64,000 nucleotides of DNA, taken from positions 416,001-480,000 of the forward strand of contig CAWEPZ010000011.1 of assembly GCA_963811105.1 (NCBI GenBank). Direction: 5' to 3'. The notes under the pieces were generated by a model, which saw nothing but the letters and a program-made list of their open reading frames with translations, was not told where the DNA came from and did no database searches. Source of the DNA: Candidatus Bathyarchaeota archaeon. GTDB taxonomy: Archaea; Thermoproteota; Bathyarchaeia; Bathyarchaeales; Bathycorpusculaceae. Both the position numbers and the translations under genes were made by a program. This document shows, one piece after another, positions 1 to 9,994 of the stretch (its first letter is position 1; each line of letters starts with the position of its first letter).

Positions 1-2
1 AT

Positions 3-3000
3 CTAATTTTAGATGGTTTGCCAGAGGAAAAAGACGTTGATGAGATTGAGGCTCCTGCAAGAACCTACCAAGTACTAGACGCTGACAGTAGCCAGCGAGT
101 TTCAATCGAATATGCATTACGCGGACAAAGCTTTGTAATGAAAGGCCCGCCTGGAACAGGAAAAAGCCAAACAATCGCAAACATAATTGCGGAATGCATC
201 GCAAACGGAAAATCCGTACTTTTCGTCAGCGACAAAATGGCAGCCCTTGAAGTCGTTTACAAGCGCCTCAGCGAAGTGGGTCTAGCTCATTTCTGCCTTG
301 AGCTTCACAGCAGCAAAGCTAACAAAAAGCAAGTTGTAGCAGAGCTTAAACGCAGTTTAGACGAGAATCTTGTGCCACGAAAGTTGCCGTCAGATCATGA
401 ATTTGAGAAAATTACTCAATACCGTGAGACACTAAACAACTATGTTATTGCACTGCATGAGAAGCGTCAGTTTATGCAAAGAAGCGCCTTTGAAGTTTTG
501 AGTTTGATCTCAGGCCTTGAACGGACCCCTTTTGTTGTTGTAGGGTTAACGGAATTGGGAACGCTAACGCCCCAGAAGATGCATGAGCTGGAAGAGCTGA
601 TTTCGCAGCTGAGCAAAGTTTGGCAAGTAGTTGAAGAATCAGATTTTCCATGGCGTGGATACCGCGCAAACACTTACAATCTTGAAATTCGCTCCGAAGT
701 ACTAACTGCGCTAGAAAACATAAACGAAAAACTAAATGAATTGCATCTTGAAGCAGAAAACTTCTCCGCTAAACTTGGCGTTTTTCCAGCTGAAACATTT
801 GCACGAATAAAATGGCTGTTGGAAGTTAGCAAATTCCTCCTTGAAAGCCCTGGGCCCGAAGCGTATTGGCTAACCAATACCGACATCCCCAAACTAATCA
901 GCGAAGCCAAAGCCTTTAATGAAACTAGCATTTGGATTAAAAATACACGAATCAACCTCATGGATCGGTACAACCCCTCGTTGTATACTTTGGTTCTTAA
1001 CAGGTCAACAGAAATTACACAGCAGCTTGAAGCGCTTAGTAAAATGTTGCCAGCGGTTGTGTTGGAAGAAGGCGAATTTTTTCAGAAAAGGGAGAAACTC
1101 TTAGCCTTCGTAAAAACAACGCAATTAACTGCAAGAAATTGGAGTGAAAACGCTCATGCACTAGCTCTAATGCTCGGGTTAGATGTTGAGGGCTTGACTA
1201 TTAAACAACTAAAAGAATTATCCAGGATAGCACAACTAGTCTTTGCCGACGATAAGCCTGAGGCTCAATGGTTTGACGCCAACTATTTTGCGCAGGTTCA
1301 AGAAACCGTGGAAAAGGCAAAACGGCTCTATCAAGACCACAACTTGCTCAGAAGCAGGCTAGATGAGACTTACAATGAGAGCATCTACAGCTTAGACCTT
1401 GATGAACTCATAGAAAAATACAGAGGACCATATCAAAGCGGCTTAAGAATATTCAACTCAACCTTCCGCAACGACCAAAAACAAATCGCCAAATTAACCA
1501 ACAACGGAAAAGTCCCAAAAAACATACTAAATGACTTAATTGATGCTAAAAAAGTCAAGAAATTATACGCCCAGATTGAGGAGCAGGCTGAAACAGTACG
1601 CACTTTATTGGGACATTTCTATCATAAGTACAGAACTGATTTTCAAGGTGCAGAAAAAGCTATAGAATTGACCAAAGAGATTCGCAAACTGTCTTGGGCA
1701 ACAAGAATTCCCGAAAACCTCCTTAATCTGATAACAAGCACAAGCAGTCCTTCGCCAATGATTAAGAACTTAGGTTTGGAACTGGCTGAGTCAGTTCAAA
1801 GATGGGAACAACAAAGAAAAGACTTAGAAGTGCTACTCCCAGCAACCCTGCCAAAATCTCTGAGCCCCATCACAGCAACACCTCTGACGCTCCTTGAATT
1901 GTGGGGAGCAGAAACCGAAAAGCAACTTAGCTCCCTTTGCACTCTGACAAAAGAGACATTGACCACGTGCAAGCAAGAGCCAAAGAGCTACAAGCAGCTT
2001 TTGGATGACCTTAAAAACGCTGAAGAAGTCCGAAAGAAAGAAGCCACGATCATTGGAGAAAAAGTACAACTCCAAACAAAATATGGCTCACGATTTAATG
2101 AGTTAGAAACAGACTGGCAAGACATTGTTAGTGTTCTTGAATGGACACAAAAAGTTCAAGCGACATTCCTTGACCTTCCAGTTCCACAAGCCTTTGCAGA
2201 TATTGCTGCTCAAGGACCAACTGCTGCACCCTCAAACACTGAACTGAATCAGAAAACCGATGCCTCTTTGAAGGCTTTAGACTATTTCGAAGCCAGATTT
2301 GACACAGAAATGAAATATCAAAACCAGAAACTAAAGGATTTAGAAGTCAATGTAATCGCCGACAGAATTCGAGCGCTTCGAGACCGCGTGGATGATTTAC
2401 AGGTTTGGATTGACTTCAAAGACGTTAAAAACCGCTTTGCTCTGCGAGGCCTAGACCAGTTTTTCACCCGTTTGACAGAACAGCGGCTTCCAGCTGCCGA
2501 CTTAATCGATGTTTTCCGCAAGGGCGTCTACCAAGAATGGATAAATAACCTCTACAATGAGGACCAGAAGCTGGGCAAGTTCAGGCGAGAAAACCATGAA
2601 CAGTTAATTGCTGACTTTAAGAAACTAGACCAAGATCTCATTAAGCTAACCTCCAGCATGGTTATAGAAAAGGCAAACAGTCGTAAACCCCAAGATATAC
2701 TGATACAAGCAGCCGATACTGAAGCTAACATTCTGCTTAAGGAAGCAGCGAAGAAACGGCAGCCAATGCCAATTCGGATACTGTTGCAAAAGATTCCTAA
2801 TCTACTTGTAAAACTCAAGCCTTGCCTTCTCATGAGTCCCATAACTGTTAGCCAATTCCTTCCAGCAGAAAACAACAAGTTTGACCTTGTCCTGTTTGAT
2901 GAAGCGTCGCAGATTGTTCCTGAGGATGCTATAGGCTCAATTTACCGTGGAAAAACCTTGGTTGTTGCAGGCGACAACAAGCAGTTGCCGCCTACATCGT

Positions 3001-4796
3001 TCTTCCAGAAAAACCTGATTGAAGATGTTGATTGGGACGAACTCAGTGACGAGGATGTCGAAGTCTTCGATAGCATACTGGATGAGTGCCTAGGCATTGG
3101 GTTACCAGTTAAAACTTTAAAATGGCATTACCGAAGCAGACACGAAGAGCTAATCGCGTTTTCAAACCACCAGTTCTACGATGATAATCTCATAACCTTC
3201 CCCGCGGCAAAAGCACAAACCGACAGCTTGGGCGTAAAACTAGTCTACGTCCCAGATGGTGTATATGACCGCGGAGGCAAACGAGACAACCAAGTCGAAG
3301 CAGAAAAAGTAGCAGACCTCGTATTCGAACACTTCCGTAACTACCCAAAGAAAACTCTTGGCGTCGTAACATTTAGCATAGCTCAAATGGAAGCTATTGA
3401 AGAAGCGATAGACCGCCGTCTCAAAGGCCAACCTTATTTTGAGCCATTCTTTAAAGAAGACCGATTAGAGGGTTTCTTCATCAAGAACTTAGAAAACGTT
3501 CAAGGCGACGAAAGAGACGTCATATTCTTCAGCGTAGGCTACGGTTATGATCAGCAGAAACTTATGGCGATGAACTTTGGTCCACTCAACAAACCTGGAG
3601 GCGAGAGACGCTTAAATGTAGCAGTCACTCGAGCCCGCGAAAAAGTGGTTCTAATAACGTCGATCAAAGTCACAGACATTGACCCTGAAACCAAAGCTGT
3701 CGGAGTACAAACTCTACGTTATTATCTTGATTACGCTGAGCATGGCCCAGAAACATTGAAGTCAATTAAGGCAAAAGAGAGCGAATTTGATTCAGCTCTA
3801 GACGAAGACGTAGCAGCAGAAATTAAAAAACAAGGCTACGAGATTGTTCCCCAAGTGGGCTGCAGCGGCTACAGAATCGACATCGGTGTAGTTGATCCTG
3901 TTAACCCCGGATCCTTCCTCTTAGGTGTGGAATGTGACGGCACTACATACAAATCCAGCAGTAGCGCACGAGATAGAGATCGCCTCCGAGATCAGGTTCT
4001 AATGCAACTAGGTTGGCGAATACATCGCATTTGGGCCCCAACGTGGGTTGCAAGACGAGACTCAGAAATTAGACGCTTAAAAGAATCCCTTGAACAAGCT
4101 CAACAGACCCAACTTGAAAAAGACACTCAAAAACCAATCATCGATACTAAAAACGATATGGCTCCAAAGACTGATGTCCAGAAAAATGAGTTTTCAGGAA
4201 TAGAAAAACTTGGCGCACCCTACAAAATTTACCCTCTAAAAGCAACATATAATCCTTACATAAAAGTCTCTACATACAATTCAAAACAGAAAAATGAGTT
4301 TCATTTCCCTGAAAATCGAGAAAACCAAACCAAGCTATTGGCGGAGCTTGTACAAAATGAAGGACCAGTACACTTTGATTATGCTGTCGAACGCCTAGCA
4401 GCAACTTGGAACATTAAAGATATAACTCCACAGATAACTCACGCTGTGAAAGAGGCACTTAGTAACTTGTTAAGAGAGCAAAAAGTGACAATAAAAGGCA
4501 GTTTCTTATGGTCGACTGAAATCAAAGAGACACCGATTCGAATTCCAGTGCAAGGCATCCCTGAATCCAGACGCAAAGCTGAATACATTGCACCTGAAGA
4601 AGTTGAGTCCGCCATGAAATTGGTTGCTCAATACGCTTTAGGTATAAGTCAGGATTCATTGATTGCTGAAACCGCTAAGGTGTTTGGTCTAAGCCATTCG
4701 GGCGAAGATTCAAAAGATGTGTTCTTCACAATATTGAAGCGGCTGGTAAGAGACAGAAAACTCGTTTGCAAAGACGATATCGTTACCGCTGCTTAA
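3..4796 (+). CDS. SF1 (UPF1/DNA2-like) helicase with Vsr/MTES_1575-like endonuclease and DUF3320-like C-terminus; DUF4011/Hhe-type; 5' end lies outside the window
   Basis: Walker A GPPGTGKSQT, FDEASQ, GDNKQLPP, HYRSRH, VQGDERD, RRLNVAVTRAR; nuclease-like YRIDIGV..LGVECDG..RDRDRLR..LGWRIHRIW; frame is open to the window edge. Confidence 0.9.
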   Translation, partial: LILDGLPEEKDVDEIEAPARTYQVLDADSSQRVSIEYALRGQSFVMKGPPGTGKSQTIANIIAECIANGKSVLFVSDKMAALEVVYKRLSEVGLAHFCLELHSSKANKKQVVAELKRSLDENLVPRKLPSDHEFEKITQYRETLNNYVIALHEKRQFMQRSAFEVLSLISGLERTPFVVVGLTELGTLTPQKMHELEELISQLSKVWQVVEESDFPWRGYRANTYNLEIRSEVLTALENINEKLNELHLEAENFSAKLGVFPAETFARIKWLLEVSKFLLESPGPEAYWLTNTDIPKLISEAKAFNETSIWIKNTRINLMDRYNPSLYTLVLNRSTEITQQLEALSKMLPAVVLEEGEFFQKREKLLAFVKTTQLTARNWSENAHALALMLGLDVEGLTIKQLKELSRIAQLVFADDKPEAQWFDANYFAQVQETVEKAKRLYQDHNLLRSRLDETYNESIYSLDLDELIEKYRGPYQSGLRIFNSTFRNDQKQIAKLTNNGKVPKNILNDLIDAKKVKKLYAQIEEQAETVRTLLGHFYHKYRTDFQGAEKAIELTKEIRKLSWATRIPENLLNLITSTSSPSPMIKNLGLELAESVQRWEQQRKDLEVLLPATLPKSLSPITATPLTLLELWGAETEKQLSSLCTLTKETLTTCKQEPKSYKQLLDDLKNAEEVRKKEATIIGEKVQLQTKYGSRFNELETDWQDIVSVLEWTQKVQATFLDLPVPQAFADIAAQGPTAAPSNTELNQKTDASLKALDYFEARFDTEMKYQNQKLKDLEVNVIADRIRALRDRVDDLQVWIDFKDVKNRFALRGLDQFFTRLTEQRLPAADLIDVFRKGVYQEWINNLYNEDQKLGKFRRENHEQLIADFKKLDQDLIKLTSSMVIEKANSRKPQDILIQAADTEANILLKEAAKKRQPMPIRILLQKIPNLLVKLKPCLLMSPITVSQFLPAENNKFDLVLFDEASQIVPEDAIGSIYRGKTLVVAGDNKQLPPTSFFQKNLIEDVDWDELSDEDVEVFDSILDECLGIGLPVKTLKWHYRSRHEELIAFSNHQFYDDNLITFPAAKAQTDSLGVKLVYVPDGVYDRGGKRDNQVEAEKVADLVFEHFRNYPKKTLGVVTFSIAQMEAIEEAIDRRLKGQPYFEPFFKEDRLEGFFIKNLENVQGDERDVIFFSVGYGYDQQKLMAMNFGPLNKPGGERRLNVAVTRAREKVVLITSIKVTDIDPETKAVGVQTLRYYLDYAEHGPETLKSIKAKESEFDSALDEDVAAEIKKQGYEIVPQVGCSGYRIDIGVVDPVNPGSFLLGVECDGTTYKSSSSARDRDRLRDQVLMQLGWRIHRIWAPTWVARRDSEIRRLKESLEQAQQTQLEKDTQKPIIDTKNDMAPKTDVQKNEFSGIEKLGAPYKIYPLKATYNPYIKVSTYNSKQKNEFHFPENRENQTKLLAELVQNEGPVHFDYAVERLAATWNIKDITPQITHAVKEALSNLLREQKVTIKGSFLWSTEIKETPIRIPVQGIPESRRKAEYIAPEEVESAMKLVAQYALGISQDSLIAETAKVFGLSHSGEDSKDVFFTILKRLVRDRKLVCKDDIVTAA

Positions 4797-5473
4797 TTTC
4801 TATTTACTTCCTTTATTAGGACAGGCAAATCAGCTAATGAAGTTATGATGTAATTTGCTCCGTTACTTTTTAGCTGTTCAATTGTGGAAACGCCTGTTGG
4901 CAAACCTACGGCGATTGCTTTTAGTTCCTGGGCGCTTTGCATGTCCACGATACTGTCTCCAATTATTGCGGCGGTTTTTGGGCGTACACTTAGTGCTTTA
5001 AGCGCCAGTTCAAACTGCTCAGTGCTTGGTTTAACATATTTTACCTTATCTCTGGGAATGACAATTTGGAAGAAACCCCTTATTTTGAAGCGTTGAAGAA
5101 TGTAATTAGCTGCTTTTTCACTGCTAGTGGTGCATAAGCCAATCTTTAGTTTCATATCTTTTAGCTCCTTTAGCATTTCATGTGCACCCAACTGCAAATT
5201 TGTAGTTGATGCGGCTTCCATCTCGTATTTCTCAGCTATAGCCAACGATTGGCTACGAACTTCCTCAAATGCGTCGACAGTTTTACCTTTGTTTTTTAGA
5301 TAGATCTCTGTCTTTTTCAGCATTTCAAAAATGCTTTCATTGATGTCCAAAATAGACCCAGGAACGCTCATTCTTATGAGGTAGATTCGGACTTCTGCTC
5401 GTAAGGTTTTGAAGTTCAGGTTGAAATTCGCAAGTGTTCCATCTAAATCAAAGATTACTGCTTCTATAGCCAC
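4793..5473 (-). CDS. HAD-family hydrolase (phosphoglycolate phosphatase-like)
   Basis: DLDGTL motif I, KP motif III, GDSIVD motif IV; start moved to GTG 5473. Confidence 0.85.
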   Translation of the reverse strand: MAIEAVIFDLDGTLANFNLNFKTLRAEVRIYLIRMSVPGSILDINESIFEMLKKTEIYLKNKGKTVDAFEEVRSQSLAIAEKYEMEAASTTNLQLGAHEMLKELKDMKLKIGLCTTSSEKAANYILQRFKIRGFFQIVIPRDKVKYVKPSTEQFELALKALSVRPKTAAIIGDSIVDMQSAQELKAIAVGLPTGVSTIEQLKSNGANYIITSLADLPVLIKEVNRN

Positions 5474-5560
5474 AAAGATATGCTCCTTTATCGGGTGAAA
5501 CTGGGTTAACTCTTGCCCAAACAAAAATATACTTTGCGGTGACTTCACTTTTTGGAACGC

Positions 5561-6532
5561 TCAAGGTGTTATTATGATTTTCAAAGGCTTCTCTGCTTGA
5601 TTATCAACCGTTTGCAATGCTTTTTCAAAGTCGTCAAGCTTGAACCTATGTGTTATAAGCCCATTTACGTCGACAAGTTTTCTGGCAATCAACTCCACCG
5701 CCGACGGATACTCAACTGGGGAAATGTAAATAGTAAAAAACATTGCTTCATCTGCATCCTCCAAGTTCAAGTACCCCTTAGATTCGCCTACCAAGGCGAC
5801 TTTGCCAGCTTTCCTAACCAAATAGGGTGTTTGCTCTACTGTGCTAATATTTCCTGCAGCTTCAATTACCAAGTCTGCCCCATGCTTTGTCAATTTCTTT
5901 ACAGTTTTAACCACGTTTTCTTCTTTCGCATTTATTACGGCATCAGCCCCATATTTTTGGCTTAGGTCAAGCCTATAATCCTCAAGATCTACTGCGATAA
6001 CTCGGCACCCCTTAAGTTTTGCCACTTGAGTCATGAGTAAGCCGATGGCTCCTTGCCCAATTATTGTTACCCAATTGCCAAGATTAGGCTTCATGTTGTC
6101 GATAACCCTTAAAGCCAAAGCAACTGGTTCCACAATGGCTGCCTCCTGATCACTGAGGTTTGCGGGTACGGGAACTAAGGCTCTCGGCAACATGGCTTTG
6201 GATTCAGCAAAGAAGCCGTCTCTTGTAAGACCGTAAAACTTGCCTCGGACACAATAGGTTGGTAATCCCCTTAGACAATAGAAGCAGTGACCGCAATTCA
6301 CTATGGGCACCATAACAACGCGCTCGCCCGTGTCCTCTCTGATTCCCCAAGCGTCATGCCCTATGATTCTGCCCTTCTTCATCCATTTCCAGTCGCCGCG
6401 GTACAGGTGCATGTCAGTGCCGCATATGCTTCCAGCTTTGAATTTCACTAGCACTTTTCTACCGGAAACTACTGGTTCTGTTACTTCTTCGATTTTGATG
6501 TTATGGGGTCCATGATAAACTGCAGCTTTCAA
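5561..6532 (-). CDS. Zn-dependent medium-chain alcohol/polyol dehydrogenase
   Basis: (M)KAAVYHG start at TTG 6532, CGTD, GHD, C-x2-C-x2-C-x7-C, GQGAIG. Confidence 0.88.
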   Translation of the reverse strand: MKAAVYHGPHNIKIEEVTEPVVSGRKVLVKFKAGSICGTDMHLYRGDWKWMKKGRIIGHDAWGIREDTGERVVMVPIVNCGHCFYCLRGLPTYCVRGKFYGLTRDGFFAESKAMLPRALVPVPANLSDQEAAIVEPVALALRVIDNMKPNLGNWVTIIGQGAIGLLMTQVAKLKGCRVIAVDLEDYRLDLSQKYGADAVINAKEENVVKTVKKLTKHGADLVIEAAGNISTVEQTPYLVRKAGKVALVGESKGYLNLEDADEAMFFTIYISPVEYPSAVELIARKLVDVNGLITHRFKLDDFEKALQTVDNQAEKPLKIIITP

Positions 6533-6653
6533 AAATGATCTAACCTCTGATAATTCAAAGCTACGAGAACGTGATATTAAGTTTATTGTGGGCTGCAAAT
6601 TTGCTTTGCGCTATGTTAATAACTTCAGTAATGCATGCATGATTTGAGAGAAC

Positions 6654-6866
6654 ATGAATTTGGAAGGATACACGAAAGAGCAGCTTTGGCAGTTGATTGT
6701 TGAGACAGTTCATGCTTCAGTAATGTACCCAACTCATAAGGCTTATACCCGTGACTGCATTTTGCCGCAGCAAGCTGATGTGACGGCAAATGAGCTTGCC
6801 CAAAGGCTTGGAATGCCGCTTGGTGAAGCAATGGTAATTCTCGGAGAGCTATCGGAAGTTAGGTAG
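6654..6866 (+). CDS. Small hypothetical protein with HTH-like C-terminus
   Basis: 70 aa, divergent from the dehydrogenase, VTANELAQRLGMPLGEAMVIL is HTH-like. Confidence 0.6.
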   Translation: MNLEGYTKEQLWQLIVETVHASVMYPTHKAYTRDCILPQQADVTANELAQRLGMPLGEAMVILGELSEVR

Positions 6867-6944
6867 CTTCCAGCTCAGGCTGGTTGCAACCTCTTAGGCT
6901 TGTATTTTTCTGTCAAGCGTTATGTTATTTGAGCGCTTAGTTGC

Positions 6945-6968
6945 CGTTATGTTTATATATACACAACG
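6945..6968. promoter_or_regulatory. ModE-type operator enclosing the TATA box of tupABC
   Basis: CGTTATGT-TTATATAT-ACACAACG: near-perfect inverted repeat with 8-nt spacer; TTTATATA at 6952-6959; extra half-site at 6918-6925; modE gene nearby. Confidence 0.75.
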
Positions 6969-6991
6969 TTCCCCTAAAAACAGTGAAAAAA

Positions 6992-8398
6992 ATGAACACT
7001 CCACAAAAAATTGTAGCAATTGCTTTAATAGTCATCATAATAACCGGAGTAGGCGCTTACGCCACTTACACATACATCCAAAACATACAGGAAAATAATC
7101 AGCCAACACCTACACCTACACCAACACCAACACCAACATCAACACCAACACCTTCACCGAGCCTATCTCCATCAACTTCTTCAAGTCCATCTCCATCACC
7201 ATCACCTTCCCCTATTCTGTCAGCATCGCCCTATCCAAGCCTTACAGCCTCACCAACCCCATCTCCAACCCCAACACCTAATCCTACAACATTAAACATT
7301 GCAACAACCACAAGTCTTCATGACACTGGGCTGGAAGACACGGGAATAAATGGCAACACAACGGATACCATAAAAGCAGCTTTCGAAACCAAATACCCGT
7401 GGATAACCGTTAACTTCGTTCCACTGGGAACCGGTGCCGCCATTGCCAGGGCGCAGGCAGGCGACGCCGACATGATATTAGTCCATTCCCCCTCACAGGA
7501 ACTCACATTCCTAACAGGCGGATATGGAGTTGACCGAAAAATCATAGCCTACAACTTCTTCACAATCGTCGGACCAGCAAACGACCCAGCAGGCATCAAA
7601 GGCAAAACCAACGTAACAGACGCCTTAATTACACTCTACACCGCAGCGCAAATTAATTCACAAGTACAATGGGTTGCAAGAAACGATAGCTCAGGAACAG
7701 CCACTGCAGAGCAGAACCTGTGGAAAGCAGCGGGTTATACCAATTACAATTCCTTGCTTGCACAAACCTCGTGGTTCCACGCAACTGGACAGGGAATGGG
7801 AGCAAGCTTGCTGGTAGCTAACAACGGTATCGGCGAGGGCTCACCCGCTTATATTCTCTCTGACATGGGCACATATTTAGCCTATTCTAAAGACGGTAAC
7901 ATTCCACAACTTACCATCGAAATTCAAAACCAACAAGCCCTACTAAACGTTTACAGCGCAATAATAGATAACCCGCAAAATACTGCTTTGGCAAATATCA
8001 ACTTTAACGCTGCACTAACATTCGTAAACTACCTAGTCTCTACCGAAGGTCAACAGTTGATTGCGAACTTTGGAACATCAACCTATGGCCAACAACTTTT
8101 CGTTCCATTCGTACCCTTAGTTAGCAGTACTGCCCCCAACCAGTTGCTCGATTGGATTAAAGCTTACGCCTACATCAATTCAACCAATCAAATTAGCGCC
8201 AGCGGCAGCACTGAATGCCCAGCAACCTTCCGATACAACGCAGGTACCCTATACTCACCATCATATGACACGCTTGCAGTCCAGAACTTAACGCCGCAAA
8301 TCAACTTGCCAAACTATTACCAAACAAACCAGCAACAATTCATGATTGCGCAATCATCCCCATACATCGAAGGCTATACTAAAACAAACATACTGTAA
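6992..8398 (+). CDS. tupA: Tungstate ABC transporter substrate-binding protein, membrane-anchored through a Pro/Thr/Ser linker
   Basis: [11 protein letters not shown] (TupA TTTS motif), [29 protein letters not shown]; N-terminal TM segment. Confidence 0.88.
   Translation: MNTPQKIVAIALIVIIITGVGAYATYTYIQNIQENNQPTPTPTPTPTPTSTPTPSPSLSPSTSSSPSPSPSPSPILSASPYPSLTASPTPSPTPTPNPTTLNIATTTSLHDTGLEDTGINGNTTDTIKAAFETKYPWITVNFVPLGTGAAIARAQAGDADMILVHSPSQELTFLTGGYGVDRKIIAYNFFTIVGPANDPAGIKGKTNVTDALITLYTAAQINSQVQWVARNDSSGTATAEQNLWKAAGYTNYNSLLAQTSWFHATGQGMGASLLVANNGIGEGSPAYILSDMGTYLAYSKDGNIPQLTIEIQNQQALLNVYSAIIDNPQNTALANINFNAALTFVNYLVSTEGQQLIANFGTSTYGQQLFVPFVPLVSSTAPNQLLDWIKAYAYINSTNQISASGSTECPATFRYNAGTLYSPSYDTLAVQNLTPQINLPNYYQTNQQQFMIAQSSPYIEGYTKTNIL
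7103..7290 (+). repeat. Low-complexity (PT)n/(SP)n linker repeat inside tupA
   Basis: [37 protein letters not shown]. Confidence 0.9.
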
Positions 8399-8449
8399 AC
8401 TCAAAAGAAAAGCTCAAATTAAATCTCCCTCTATTTCTTTGTGATATCC

Positions 8450-9214
8450 ATGGCTGATATTATCTTCAAATCCTTCGAGCAAGCATTAAACTTAATCACC
8501 AGCGGCAATTCCGAAATCTACGCAACCGTTTACCGAACGATCTATGTTGCAGGCATAGGTGCGCTCTTAGCATGTCTTTGGAGTATTCCAATCGCAGTGC
8601 TAATAGGCTTGTACAATTTTAGAGGAAAATGGGCAGTCAAAGGCATCTTCAACTCCCTCATAGGCATACCCACCGTTGCGCTTGGCTTGCTCTTGTATTT
8701 GCTATTATCAAGGCAGGGTGAATTCGGTTTTTTGCATCTCTTGTATACGCTTAACGGAATAGCCATTGGCGACGCTATTCTTGTCTCTCCGTTAATCATA
8801 AGCTTCACCGCCAACGCATTGGGGACAGCAGACATACAGTTACGAGATTTGGCTCGAACCCTTGGAGCGACAGGCTTAAGAACAAACCTTACACTTATCC
8901 GTGAAACAATGTGGTCTATGATACTTTCAATCACAGCAGCCTTTAACAGAGGCTTTGGAGAACTTGGCATCGCGACGCTCGTAGGCGCCAGTTTGTTGGG
9001 AAATGGTACAATATTCAGTGGAACCCGAGTGTTAACCACGGCTATCGCTTTGGAAACAAACTTTGGACGCTTCGACGTTGCCATGGCATACGCCATTATC
9101 CTTATGGCTATTGTAATTGCTTTAGCATTAACCCTCAGCTTAATAGAACGATTAAGGCAAGATGATGGATTAGGGGACAAGCTTCATTTCTGGAGAGGCT
9201 TAGGAGGAAGCTAA
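8450..9214 (+). CDS. tupB: Tungstate ABC transporter permease
   Basis: IPTVALGLLLYLLLSRQG, ARTLGA loop, TRVLTTAIALET. Confidence 0.88.
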   Translation: MADIIFKSFEQALNLITSGNSEIYATVYRTIYVAGIGALLACLWSIPIAVLIGLYNFRGKWAVKGIFNSLIGIPTVALGLLLYLLLSRQGEFGFLHLLYTLNGIAIGDAILVSPLIISFTANALGTADIQLRDLARTLGATGLRTNLTLIRETMWSMILSITAAFNRGFGELGIATLVGASLLGNGTIFSGTRVLTTAIALETNFGRFDVAMAYAIILMAIVIALALTLSLIERLRQDDGLGDKLHFWRGLGGS

Positions 9215-9931
9215 ATGAGCGTTCAATTGCGATTGGTAGATATCAAAAAAAGCTACCGCAAAGTTACAGCGTTAAATTCTGTTTCTCTGGAAATGGAAGG
9301 CGGCAAAATCATTGTTCTTTTGGGTATCAACGGTGCGGGCAAATCAACACTCATGCGCATCATGGCTGGTTTAGAAACCGCTGACAGCGGACAATTATTG
9401 TTCAACAACCAGAACATCGACTGCAAATCTTTGCGCCAAGTCTCAACTTTGGTTTTTCAAAAAAGTGCAATGTTTAGTACAAACGTTTACTATAATATGG
9501 CTTACGGATTAAGAATTAGGAAAGTCCCAAAAGTAGAAACTAAGAAGAAAGTGGCGGACGCCTTGCAAGCGGTTAGGCTTTCAGGGTTTGAAAAGCGAAG
9601 GGCAAAAAAAACTTCAGGCGGCGAGCAACAGAGAATAGCACTTGCAAGAGCGTTCCTGCTTGAATCGCATGTTTTGCTTTTGGATGAGCCTACTGCAAAT
9701 TTGGATCCAAACAGCGCATCTATAATTGAAAAGGCAATAGTCAGCAGAAAAAGCGAGGAGCGGATTATAGTATTGGCTACTCATAACCTTAATCAGGCAA
9801 GAAGAATGGCTGATCTAATAATTCATATTCATAATGGTGAGGTAGTAGAAATCAGTGAAACTGAAAATTTCTTTGAAAACCCTAAAAATGAAATTTCGCG
9901 TAAATTTGTTAATGGCGAATTGGAATTTTGA
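9215..9931 (+). CDS. tupC: Tungstate ABC transporter ATPase
   Basis: GINGAGKST, SGGEQQR, LLLDEPT, ATH. Confidence 0.88.
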   Translation: MSVQLRLVDIKKSYRKVTALNSVSLEMEGGKIIVLLGINGAGKSTLMRIMAGLETADSGQLLFNNQNIDCKSLRQVSTLVFQKSAMFSTNVYYNMAYGLRIRKVPKVETKKKVADALQAVRLSGFEKRRAKKTSGGEQQRIALARAFLLESHVLLLDEPTANLDPNSASIIEKAIVSRKSEERIIVLATHNLNQARRMADLIIHIHNGEVVEISETENFFENPKNEISRKFVNGELEF

Positions 9932-9994
9932 TCAGAACTTGGTTGTAGGCTAAAAAAAGAAAGAAAAATAGAAGCTTTTGATTTTTGTCGTTTC

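Noticed and set aside
8542-9180. 212-aa minus-strand ORF and many similar shadow ORFs (e.g. 5552-5965, 21402-21836, 54819-55166)
   Set aside because: Antisense or off-frame to well-supported genes, no motifs
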